Positions 12,470 to 24,559 of a stretch of 64,000 bases of DNA are shown one piece after another; the first letter of the stretch is position 1; each line of letters begins with the position of its first letter. The stretch comes from Takakia lepidozioides (Eukaryota; Plantae; Bryophyta): contig CM060734.1 in the NCBI GenBank assembly GCA_030704615.1, positions 9,548,001-9,612,000 of the forward strand. Direction: 5' to 3'. A program made the translations under genes and the position numbers. Below the pieces are notes generated by a model. That model was given only the letters and a program-made list of their open reading frames with translations, was not told the DNA's origin and searched no databases.

Positions 12470-12900
12470 CTTCCACCCGATCTCGTCACTCAACTTGGCG
12501 CCCGGAAGTACTGCTCTAGCTCCAAGAGCCAGGTGTTGAGTGCCTTCCAATTTCGGACGCCCTCGAAGGTGTCGGGTTCTTTAGGCTTCACCTTAAACTT
12601 TGCCTTAGCAGAAGTGGCATCAACCGCCTTCAACACGTCTTTCAACGTCCCGCCAAACTGCGGCCAACAACCCTTCCCAAAAAGCTGCCGGCATGGGAGA
12701 CATCTCTTGGTCTGTCGGAGATTAAGGGCGTCCTCGGGCCCAAACTCCTCGTGATTCGTTGTAAGCTCTTGAGCGGCCTCATTTTCAGAAACTGCTCGCT
12801 TCCTCAAACGGCCGTGCTTGGTACACGTCGCCCAATCGGGTCACAAGGATCATCATCTTTGGGCCGTTACGCTTCGCTTTGGCTTGACCGAAACCCATGA
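12466..12900 (-). pseudogene. Chromovirus gag 5' fragment (duplicate of ~10774-11212)
   Basis: KFKVKPKEPDTFEGVRNWKALNTWLLELEQYF. Confidence 0.85.
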
Positions 12901-12954
12901 TGAGGCCAATCCCAGTAGACAATCGCGTAATGAACTCTAGGCTCTGATACCAAG

Positions 12955-13686
12955 TGTCGCGCAACTCACTTCGTAAGCTCCCCCCCTTCAAGTCATAGTT
13001 ACTCGCTTTGATGCGCGCGCCTGACTCCCAATCTGGCCGCTGGGCCAACTTGGAGCTTTGGCTGCTCACCGGGACATAACGGTCCCCCTTTGCTCTCCCA
13101 AAGAACCCTCCACCGATTTGGAACCAGCGGGAATTCCCTTTGGTAGTTGGCAGTCCGGACCAGCTCCCCACTCTTTGATCGCTTTCCGGCTCGCTCGCTT
13201 ACTCACTAGTTTTTGGTCACCAACGGGCTTGCACCGTTCTCGGGGTTACTACTCCCTATATATACTTCTGTAGCTGTCTGCGGGGGTTTCACAACCAGCC
13301 ATGCCATTTTATGGCGAACCACCACGAAAACCCTCGACTCCCGGTGATGAGTCGCGGTGAGTCTTGGCCCACTCACCACGGCCCCTATGGACCGTGATGA
13401 GTCCCAAGACTTCCCACGACTCCCACCATGAGGTCTCCGCCCCCAAGGTGAGTCCTAAGCCACCCCCACTAAGTCCCGCTAAGCTACCACCACCCCTTGT
13501 GGAGCCACCCCCACCGCAACCCGGTGTGCGGGGCTCCACCTAGTGAGCGCCTCCGCCTCCTTGGGTGCCTTGGGCACTCAAGGGTGCTTCAGCCCCCCAT
13601 ACCTATCGCTGCCGCTGCCCCCACCACAGGGGCAACCCCTCATGTGTCCCGACCCCCCCCTGCCCTCAAGGCAAAGGGCCGCGACA
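12955..13686 (-). repeat. Chromovirus 5' LTR
   Basis: 732 bp, TG...CA, adjacent PBS at 12941-12952. Confidence 0.92.
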
Positions 13687-15180
13687 TTTTGTACTCGCTC
13701 CAGTTTTGTTGGCATGTGGTGCATGTCTTGACATACTCCTCGGCCTCCTCCCTCAATTTGGGCTAGAAATACTCTTTCTTCAAGAGTGCCGCGGTGCGCT
13801 TGGCTCCGCCATGGCCCGCAATCGGGCCATCGTGGCATTCTCTCAAGAGACTATCTCTGATCCCTCCCTTCGGCATGTAGAGACACTTTTGCTTATACCA
13901 GAGAAGTCCATTGTGCACGTGGAATTGCGATGTAACGCCCATCCTCAAGCCCCGCATCACGGACTTTGCCATCTCATCCTTCCGGTAAGCCTTCCGGATC
14001 TTCCTTTGGAGCGCCGTCTCGCCCTTGTACACCAACATGAGCTGCTGCTTTCTACTTAAAGCATCGGCCACCACATTGTCCCGTCCCGGTTTGTACTGGA
14101 TATCCACGTTGAACACTGCCAAAATGTCTTGCCACCTAAGTTGTTTTGGGGACAACTTAGGTTGCGTGGCAAAATACTTCACCGTGACATTGTCCGTGAA
14201 TACCTTCACCGGGTTGGAACCAACATAGTGGCGCCAAAGCTCAAGGCAATACACCACCGCGTTCATTTCTTTCTCGTGCGTAGGCCACCGTCGCTCCACT
14301 TCATCCAGTTTCTTACTTTCGTAAGCCACTGGACGTCCGTCCTGCATGAGCACACCCCCAATTGCGAAGTCCGACGCATCTGTATGAATCTCAAATGGAC
14401 GGTCGAACTCCGGGATTTTCAGGACTGAAGCTTCCGCCATCCGCTGCTTCAACTCGGCAAAAACTTGGCCACAAAAGGTGTTCCATACCCATACCTTGGA
14501 CTTACACAAAAGGTCTGACAGCGGCCCCGCGATCTTGGCAAAATTTCTCACATACTTTTGGTAGTAGGAGGCGAGTCCTAGGAAGGATCGCACTCCCGGG
14601 ACCAAAGTCAGAGGCTCCCAGTCCAAGATCGCCCTCACCTTTCTGTCATCCATTTTGATCCCATCCTGTGTAATCACATGTCCTAGGAACTCCACTTTTG
14701 TGACCCCGAATTTGCACTTTGAAGCTTTGGCATACAGCTTCCCTTCCCGCAATTTCCGGAACACCCTTTTGAGGTGCTCCAAATGCTCTTCATTTGTTTT
14801 CGAGTACACCAAGATGTCGTTGATGTACACGATCACAAAGTCAACCAAACACCCATGGAAAAGGCTGTTCATTAGCGTGCTAAAGGTCGCGGGTGCGTTG
14901 GTGAGCCCAAAAGGCATCACCAAGAATTCATATGAACCATATCTTGTCTTGCACGCGGTCTTCTCCTCATCTCCTTCCGCCACTCGGATTTGATGGTAAC
15001 CTGAACGCAAATCGATCCGGCTGAAATACTTTGCTCCCGCCAACCGATCGAAAAGGTCGTCGATCCTTGGCAAAGGGTACTGGTTTTTTATAGTCACCTT
15101 ATTCAGAGCCCTATAATCGATACACATTCGCAACGTCCCATCCTTCTTGTCTGCGAATCACCGGGGCTCCGTAAGGTGAC
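13687..15180 (-). pseudogene. Chromovirus element B RT-RNase H-integrase Zn finger
   Basis: 456-aa ORF 13763-15133. The RT motif is mutated to YIND, RNase H TDASD is present, and there is a premature TAG at 13763. Confidence 0.92.
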
Positions 15181-18100
15181 TTATAGTTTTGAGAGCCGTG
15201 CTCATGATATTTCGTCTTCCGCTCATGCGAATTCCGAGCGGCATCTGCAAAAATGGCGACGAATTTTGCGGTAATAGATGTCTCTGGCGAAAAATGGTGC
15301 TGAATTTCGCAACTATAGGTCCCAACATGGTTGAAGTGTAAGCCCAAAATTTAGAAATGTGGCGCCGAATTTCGGTACATGGTGCCGGGGATTGCACAGA
15401 TGTTGGGCAGTTCTGGGCCATGTAACTGGAAATTTTTTCAGACATCGTTCCTGTACATGTTGGGACTTAGCCAGTTTTCGGCCCAAAGTAGGAAAATTCG
15501 GCGCCATTTTTCTAGAAATGGCCCCCACAACTGGTACTATTGGAACTCAGTTTTCTGGAAGATTTGAAAAAATTTCCTGCCGCCATCTTTGTATTGATTA
15601 TGTTTCAACATTGAATTGCCATTGGACGTCAACAGATATCCAGCAGTCCATTGTGTTTAAAAGACATTACTTTAATATTGCCTGTCTCATTCCAGGAGTT
15701 TTGGGGTGCATTTCATTACACTGCAAAACAAAGCCTCCGGGCATTCCCTGAATCCCGTACTTGGGCTTGCCAAATACACAGGTCATTATGTCGTGCCTAC
15801 AGAACCAAAACGTCTGCGTTGTGGCGTGAGAAAATGTGGGAGTAAAAAATCTGCCGTTGAAACAAGGTGCAGGTACAGCATCGTGTGGGTTCCTCCGAAT
15901 CATCTCACCACAGCGTGCTCTCGTATCCACCCGGATGGCGCAGCACTTCCCTCGAAATGCCAGCAATGTCATTGCAATTCTCCACTGTGACTCCGACACT
16001 CTTGTCTCCACGATGGGTATGTTGTACTGCATTACTACAGATGGCTCGTTATGTTCCTCGGGCACATGCCATGAGCTCAAAGGAGATGGCGATCTTGAAC
16101 GTGCAGGACTTGCGGTGCTCGACAAGACCTCCTCGGGCAACATCACGGGACCACGAGGGAGCGTGCGAATATTCTTGTCAGCTCGCCATGAATCCTCTTC
16201 CCCGCCAGCTGCCTCGTCAAGTCTTCGTCTCACTGGACGGGTGTGAACATCTCCTTCCAAGTGGTGGCCTCTTCAAAGCAATGGCGTGTCCCGAAAGCCC
16301 TCTCGCAAGGCTACCGCCCACTTCCGAGGATTCTTCGATCTGGAGGCAGTCCGCATCAGCATTTCCTGCCTATCCGGCCCCAAGCCCCACTGTTTCCCTT
16401 TCAAGAACTCATTGTACCTGCATTGCTGCATAATTGACCTCACAATGTCCTCTGTTGTGGCAGTGAGGATGTCCACCAGATGCGCCGCAGAGGAGGCACG
16501 CCAGGAAGAATGTACTGATTCGGCCATGTTTGTTGTTGGCATGTCGGTGTCGGAGTCCAGACACATTTCCTGCATATGCACATGTTGAGGCTACAAGCAA
16601 GTTACAAATAATGACTAGCATAATATTCAACGGCAAATTCGTCCAACTCACCTCCCGCATATAGTCACCAAACTGGAGGAAACGATAATGCCACCATGCT
16701 AGCCAACTGACCATTGCTCCCTCGTCTGATTTCTTTACAGCACCTAACGTAGTCCACCAAGCCCGTATACATGCAAATTGTGTCTCTGCATCATCCAAGG
16801 TGGGAGCACGCTTCCACGCAAGACACATGGAACGGTGCTCCTCTTTGAAATCTGGTGCCACGAGCCTGGTTGTGTACTGCAACAAGCTCTGCAGAAAATG
16901 GAACCCACAAGATCTCTCCTTGCCTTCCATCGGAACATTGGGTCTTCCCCGTACACCCTTCGGATGGCAGCTCAATTTGCTTGTGCGTTGTCCACCATGA
17001 AACCACGGAAATTGGGAGGGGGCAATCTCGCCCTGGACCATCTATTCGTTTATTCCCTGCCAAAGAAGCATCTCCGATTGTGTGTCATCTCCTTTCATCT
17101 CACAGATAGCAATTGTCATTAGCATCCTGCAGTGGGTGTCGTAGACATGTGCACCCATTGTCACCCACTGGTGATTTGTAATTTGCTTGATATGGTTGAA
17201 CATGACCCAACAGTTTGACAAGTCCCCACTCGTCATCCGGTCAACCAGTTTGATGCCGCTGCCAGACCCACACGTGGACATTTTGAATACGAAACAACGA
17301 TCTGCCTCAGTCCCTTGTCCTGGAAACCTACTTCCATGAATGTAGTCATATCTACATTGTCGCTTGGCCTCCAGAATGGACTGCATATCCGAGCCACGCC
17401 CAATTTTCTGTTTGCAGGAGACAATGTGGTTTCGGATATTTGGTGAACAGACGTGGGACACTGACTCCAGCAATGCCTCCATTTCCTTCTCATCGAGAGG
17501 AACTCTGTCGGAGCCGTCTTCCGACATAATTCTGGCCAATGCCATCTTATGGACGGCCTGCAGCTGTATCTGTTTGGGTTTGGCACCAGGTCTCAACTTA
17601 ACCTCCTCCTGAACGAGCTACTCTGCCTCGTGGGCAGCCTCCCGCGAGTTCCCCCTCGCCAATTTGTGACAATGGGAACCAACGTGTATGCAAGCTCGTG
17701 TGAGGTTAGGGAAACGGTGCAACACATAGTACTGTTTGGCATTACAAACAGACATGCAATATGGTGGTTCTTTGCAATGCGTACACTTAAATGTGGAGTT
17801 TGGAACCTTCTCCTGAGCTCAAAATGGTTGATGAGCTGTGCCTGTCCAATCCGTCTCGTTCCTGTGACCTCTAGATTTAAAGTGGAAGCAAGTTGGGGAG
17901 AAACACCGCAACGCGCCCGCACAAACAACGTAGCGCACCCGCACACCATCGAGCATCTTCATGCTGGTGGTTTTGGTGACGCACCAAGGATGACCGTCAT
18001 GTTTCCTATCCATATCTGTCAACATTCCGGACGCCCTCGAATAGTCCGTTCGAGGAGGGAACTCAAAGAAGACATTACCGTCGATGTCTGCGGGAAGGCA

Positions 18101-19352
18101 TGTAACGGATTTAATTGCAAACTTGCTGTAGTCCAGCCCAGCCAGCTCCGAGCGGTGTCCCTCCATGTGAAGCCCTCGCAGAATTTCAAGAATGGATCGA
18201 ACTGTTGTGCTCGTGTTGGGAATATGACTCCCTCGTCTGCTGATGTCCATTGAGGACTTGCCTGATCTCCAAGATGATCTCGGAACTTCCATGACCTCGT
18301 CTGAGTCGGACAGGTTGTGAACAACCCGGTTCTCGCTCGTCTTCATTGATGGGTTTGGCTCTGGATTTATTTCGTTACAGACTTCTCTCTTTGAGGTACC
18401 CACTCTCTGATTCGCGGATTGTTTCGTGGAAGGCGCCAGAATAGAAAGCGCATTTGGTGGGCAAATGAAGTCCCCAACAGCCCTGTATATGACGCTGTCC
18501 GATGGTGGAACTCGCCATTCCCTGCCGTCGCCAAAATCATCATGGAGCACAACAATACTTTCGACTACAACTCCGTTTAAATCCTTCCTTTCCTCCTCCA
18601 AAAATACCGACCCCGGTAACTGCCAACGGTATGCAATCAGAAGGTATATGACCTGTGCAGATGCGCTGCTCAACCCAATAATTACGGCGTCTGACAAGAA
18701 GCGTAGGGGGGCAAGCGTGCAAGCACCTTCCCCATGGACAGAGGGAACTGACAGAGGTGGCATTCTAGTGAGTCTGATTGCAAGATTGAGTGCCAGACCC
18801 TCGCTGCCAAAAGTCAACATTCAACAAAATGCAACATTGCGCAAAAAGTGGTACTTTGGTTCAAAGGAGACATTTTTATTAATAATGAACTGTGACAAGT
18901 ATGCATGCCCTCACACAAGCCGACGGAAGCCAAAAGTATGCATGCCATCCATGCTCAGGTAAAATGGGAATTTTTTCCCGTGTTGCACTATCCTCACCAA
19001 GAAGCTGGAACCTCGATTGGCCTCTCAACAAGCTCATGACTGACAGGGTGTCGATAGGTGAAGACAATGGATGCAGCCCATTCTCCTTTGGTGTAGTGGA
19101 CAACGGTGTCATGTCCTCCGATATATGCACCATCGTAAATCGAGATCTTTGCTGTGGAGACTCTGTGTCCATAGGACTCATCCTCGTAGCTTATGAGAAT
19201 GTCCCATACACTGTTTGCGATGGAATCCTCTTTGGCATGTACGTACACCCGATGCAATCCTCGTAGGCCCACTGGCAGCACCTCCAATGATGTAGGAAGG
19301 CCGTGCGGCTTTTGGGGATGTTCCATGTAGGCGGATACTGCAGATCAACGAT
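15181..19352 (-). mobile_element. Truncated second copy of the MULE transposase region
   Basis: Reverse-complement match to 57863-62877, with two internal deletions (~58596-58926, and ~61790-62430 including SWIM). Confidence 0.9.
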
Positions 19353-20550
19353 CCAATCTGGGCTCGGCTCCCTATCAACTTCTCCTTCGACTTGTCTTAC
19401 GTAAAGCAAAAATTGGGGCTCGTGTGGCTCCTCCACGGCCCACTCCTTTGCTGATAGCAGGTTTATTTGCCCTCCCACTCGGTTAGGCGTTTCCGATACC
19501 CGTAAAACTTTGCCACCATTCGCACATGGTAGCGTGACTATTCTCTTGCGGCCATCTATGACCGCTCCGCATTTGCTCAAAAAGGTCATCCCCAAAATGA
19601 GATCCACTCCATCGATCTCGCAAATGGTGAAGTTCTCACGTCCCTCCCAACCCCCGAGCTGAAGAGGAACATCGAACGCCAACCTTTGTTGCCAGATGTG
19701 GTTCTCCTTTGGCAGAATGCACTTTAATAGAGACCCCCACATCACTTGTCGGAAGCCCCAGCTTCCGTGCCGTTGCCGGTGTCATGAAGGAGTGCGACGC
19801 TCTTGTGTCCACCAACAACGACACGTTAGTTCCGGAAATTATCCCACTCACGAACATTAACTGACTCCCTTTACGCAAGGGGCCAGTCTCCTGATACAAC
19901 TCACAAGAGTAGTTGCCTACCTTGCAAGTGGCAACCACCACTTCCACCAAGCGGCTGATGGAATCTTCGGACAGCTCCGTGGTTGCCCGAGTCATGTTCA
20001 ATTTTCGGGGTTTTGCGCACTTATTGGCCATGTGCCCGGGCTCCCCGCAATTTAAGCACACTCCATCGAATGTCGCCTTCTGTCCGCCATAAGCCGCCGC
20101 ACCTGATTTTCCTTTCGGAGCACAGGGTGCCGCCTTGACGTGTGAAGGCCCTCCCTTCGATTTCTATGTGCCATTGTCGCCGCGTGGCCTATCCCACTTC
20201 TTTTCCGGTCGGAAGGAGTCACCCTCCCGCCGGATCTTCTTGTGGTTCAGCTCCGTACGGCCTTGTCTTTCACCCCTAGGGACATCCGAGAAACATTCAG
20301 CCCTTTCAATTGCCTCGTTGAAAGTCTTAGGTGGCTTCTCCTCCAACTTCCGCCCGGCCCATGGGGCCAGTCCCGCCACAAAGTTGAAGACCATTTCTGG
20401 TTCTACCATATCCAGGACTTCGAGCAACAACACATTGAAGGGTGCTTCAAGGGTGCTTCAGCCCCCGTACCTATTGTTGCCACTGCCCCCACCATAGGGG
20501 CAGCCCCTTTGTGTCCCGACCCCCTGCCCTCAAGGCAAAGGGCCGTGACA
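19350..20550 (-). pseudogene. Chromovirus element B protease, Zn-knuckle gag and 5' LTR remnant
   Basis: CLNCGEPGHMANKC knuckle and LLVDTRASHSF protease. Gag is fused at ~20440 to the first ~110 bp of an LTR ending at 20550. Confidence 0.88.
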
Positions 20551-21274
20551 TTCTATTAGTAAAGCCTATGCTACGTGGCTGTGTGATATCGTGGTTCACG
20601 GCCCACGGCTCCTACACTACCCACTACTGCTCCCGTGGTAGTGTAACCTTGTTCCGTCATTTGCTAAGTGCTGTGCACTTAGCCTTTTCTACCCGTGACT
20701 CTCGTTGCCCGGCCCTTGTAGATGTGTCATACTTAGCCGTTATCATTTATTCCCCCCCCCCTTTTTTGAAATTGTGTCCGCACAATTTCGTCAGTTCCTG
20801 TGTTTGTTGTGTCTCTTGGGGATGTAGGGCGGTGGCATGACTGTCTGCTGGTTAGGAAGTGCATCCCAGGATTGTGATGGTCGTGGTGGCAACTTCTTGT
20901 TTCTGTTGTCATCACTATCTGGTTGCTCCTGTGGTTCGTGAGTGGGCCAGCTTTCGTCATCAGGGTGTTTTGCTATTCCGTCCGTACGTACCATGTCGAT
21001 TTTGGTGGTCAAGGTTTCTCGGTAGGTTTGTAGCTCCTCCTTGGTCTAGGGCACAATGTTTTTGGTCGTCCTGCTGCCCATTAACCAATTAACAGCTGGC
21101 GTCCCCGTTTCTCTGAAGGGGTGGTCTTTGTCCAGGACCAATGGTGAAAAGTGGTCTTTTGCCTGGCGCTATGCTTCAGCATAAAGTAGTCTGTTCGTAT
21201 ATGCTGAAGTGCCTGAGACTCTCTCTGGTGGCTGGAATTTGGGTAATTCCCAGTGAGTATCCTTGTCAATACTC

Positions 21275-23640
21275 TCATAGCGCTACCAGCTTCCCCTCAT
21301 TGTGACGAACATCCGGTATAAGTAGCTGCCAATATAAAAAACTTGGGCAGCCCATTACAACGTCTACTGCCGGGGTAGGATTAATCTTCAATTGCCCCAC
21401 TGCCCACATGTAAGCGACCAGCTCCTTGTATTCTAAGGGAGCCTGGCGCCAGAATTCAACCAATTCTGCCCCTGACCATGTCTCCTCCCTAGCTAGTGGT
21501 CTCATCCTGTATCTCAAAGGTATGAGAGTTTGATTGAGCAAATGTAATTGACCCAATGACCTGCAGGGGGTTAAGGCTTTGAATACCTTCTCTAGTACTT
21601 CTGGGATTTGGTGGGCTGGGACTATCTTCATTTTAAAGTATTCCTCTGAATACTTTAGCCACTCCCCATCCTGCTTGCATGGCATGATTTGGAAATCATC
21701 CACTGCTAGGTGGTGGTTGTGTTGTTGGTGGTGTTTTGTGCTGGTGTTGTTGTTGTTGATTGTATTGGTGCTTCCTGTTCATGGTCTTGCTCCTGTCGTC
21801 CTCATTCGTGAGCTCCTCTTGTTCTGGAATTGGTGGCAGGAATTCCTCGTGAATGTCTGTCACCAAATTCGCCAATTGACACTTCATTTGTTTTATCATT
21901 GCCCTGTTGAGTTTCTTCATTTCTAGCTCACTTCCTTCACTCAACCATACTCGGGCCAAGGCTGCATCCAGCTCTGCTTGCAGAGTCAGCTTCTCCAGCT
22001 GCTGCTTCCATTCCTGTTCGTTGTGTAAGGCAATTTCTCTCTATGTGTTAGCTGTGAATAGCCTATTTTCTGCATTTTCCCTTACTCTCAGCAGTACAGT
22101 ATTGCATGAGAGCCACTTGGTTCCCTGTTCTTTGGCAGTCCTCAGCTGCCCATTGAGTGTATCCACCTGTCCCTTAAGTGTCTGCACTTGTCCTGTGAGT
22201 GTTTCCACCTCTGTCTCCGTTTTTCGAGATCGCTCTCTTTCTGCATCGAGGTTGGCTTGGACATTGCGTGTTTTGTCTCTCTGTCTTTGCCACCTCTGTT
22301 CCCACTCGTCTCGGCGTTCTATTAAAGTGTTGTATTGGCGAAGCAGGGTAGTCTTTTTATCCTCCAATGATGCGATTGTAACCTCGTGGTTACATACTGT
22401 TCTTGCTGTCGCCAATTCACTTTGGTGTTTTTCTTTGATGTGGTCCAAAATCATGCTAAGGTTCTCCGGGCTTATGTAATCCTTGGCCCTGTCCATGTAG
22501 GCCGTTACTTGACCCAACGCTTGTATTACCTGCAGAATTACATTCTGTGGCGTTTCTTCCAAACCTGTGTCCCATACTGTTGTATCCAGGACCTGTTGTG
22601 CGAGTAGTAATTCCAAATTGGAATTATTGTCTTGCTGCTGCTGACTTTGTGCCTCTTGTACCACCTGCTGTTGCTGCACCACTATGGCTTCCTCCTCTGT
22701 TCCTGGTTGAGTGGCCTCTGCAGGTGTTGTTTGCTGGATTTTGGTGTTAACATGGCCAATTTTCATGGGTGTTGCTTCATTGGTCTGCGGCTGGTCCCCT
22801 CATTCTGGCTGTTGATTCTCTCTTTCTCTCTGCAGTGTGGAATCAGCCGTTGAGTTGAAGATGTTTTCTGCCATTGCACTCGTGGTTGATTCGTTGATTT
22901 GGGCTCTTTTTGTAAGTCCGCCCTCTTCTTCCAATTGTTGTCTTTCTTCCTCTTGACCTGCTGCCGTCTTGCTTCCTTCCTCCTCCATCGTGTCTGCCCG
23001 CTGCATGATTCCCAACATTGTTTGCTCTTCGGGTGTCTAATGTACAGTGTGTCAAATCATTTGGAGTAACAGGGGAGTAACCATGGTAACCATTACTTCC
23101 TTCTTCTTCTTTGTCAACCTGGTTAATTCTTGGGTCAACTTCTTCAATAAGAAGCCTGCCCAATTCACGATTTGCCCATTAACTCCTTAGTGCAATAGCT
23201 GTGGTTTTGCCTGAGGCAAAGCAACGTGCTAAGTACCGGGGCTATCTTCTTAAAGCTGGGGTTTTTGCTATGACTGCATGTGTAGCCCTGATTGGCTTGG
23301 TTGAGATTCTCAAACAGGTCCGCAAGTATAAACCTTGGTGGTTTGCCGCTGTGCGCTGGTACGTCCAGACTGGGAAGGTGAAACACTTCCGCCAAGTACT
23401 TCTCCGTCAATAGAAAATGTGTGTCACAGACGTTTGTGCTTCGAGTACTGGTGTTGTAGTTCTCCAAGAACTCCCTGCATAGCTCGTCGTGCTTAAGGTT
23501 CCAGTGCAGCGTGGTGACGAAGTACCGCAGGCCAAGACTGTCCTATCTCTGTGTCCTGCTCGATTTTCCGCAACGCCGGGCTGATTTTGAAATTCACTTG
23601 CGCATAAGAACTTGGTATCTTCCGCTTGGTGCCTGCCATT
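21275..23640 (-). pseudogene. Additional post-pol ORFs (plant-transposon-protein-like and coiled-coil)
   Basis: Successive same-strand ORF pieces 23165-23640, 22800-23163, 22041-22766, 21696-21959 and 21275-21703. The 22041 piece is Q/E-rich and heptad-like. Confidence 0.55.
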
Positions 23641-23981
23641 TCCCTTAGTTTTGCTGTTGCTGTAAGGAATTGGAGCACAAATTCCTGTATCAAGAGTAGT
23701 ATGAAGCACACTGGAAGTTGTGTAGACGACAATTTCCAGTTTGCGGAAGAGAAGGTGTGGGGTTCGTTTCTGGGTTTAAGTAGGGGTTCTCCTCTGTGGG
23801 CTTCCACTCTAACTTCTCTCGAGGTTCTCGTGGAGGTAATTTGGTCCTGCTGTCCGCCTAGATTTAAAGCGTAGTTAGCTTTAATTGTTGGGCCCGTGTT
23901 TACCAAGAAGCATTTAGCTTACACTGCTGTGAGTTTCACTGATAGTTACATGGCCAGATGCACAAGGGGTTACATGCGAGT

Positions 23982-24067
23982 GAGTTACACTACTAAGAGT
24001 CACATTACTAAGAGTCGCACTACTAAGAGTCACACTCCTAAGAGTTACACTGCTAAGAGTTACACTG
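23982..24067. repeat. 15-bp tandem repeat x ~5.7 (GAGTYACACTRCTAA)
   Basis: Seen directly; lies between pol and the extra ORFs. Confidence 0.9.
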
Positions 24068-24559
24068 ATGGATTGGGTGGCATTTCTGGTAACGGTTTTG
24101 AGTAGACCTCATCCATTTTCTGCCTGATTTTCTTCCGTTGGTGTTTTCTTCGTGGTTTGTCTTGGATTGGACTAATGGTTGTTGATGATTGTCCATCCAT
24201 TTTGGTATGTGGTCTGTTTTTAGATGAGCGGCGTGTGCGCAGTACTTGCAAATTGGTTTAATGGCTTTGCCCTTATCGTCCGCCGTCTTTTGGCAATCCA
24301 TTGGATTGCGCCGTCGTTCTTTCTCCGTGTTATGATCCATGGTTAGTGGTGTATGATTACCACGGTCGGTGGGGTCATCTGGAGCGTACATCTCGGAGTT
24401 TAACACAAGCAATGACTCGTTGGCTACTTCGTATTCGTTCACGGTTCTGTAGGGCATATGTGCTGGCCACGGTTCACCATACGGTATACGGGGTGGTAGT
24501 GCTGACCTCCAAATGAATGGTGGTCTAAACGTAGCGGTGCCCTGAACTCGTATAGCCAC

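Larger units (their letters stand above)
4540..13686 (-). mobile_element. Ty3/gypsy chromovirus (Tcn1-like) composite element with three LTRs, inserted in element B with TSD CAAAA
   Basis: LTRs with TGTCGCG...CGCGACA ends, tRNA-Met PBS, and gag-PR-RT-RH-INT-chromodomain order. TTTTG at 13687-13691 and CAAAA at 4739-4743 rebuild the host pol sequence GAGTACAAAAGCAAGC. Confidence 0.85.
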
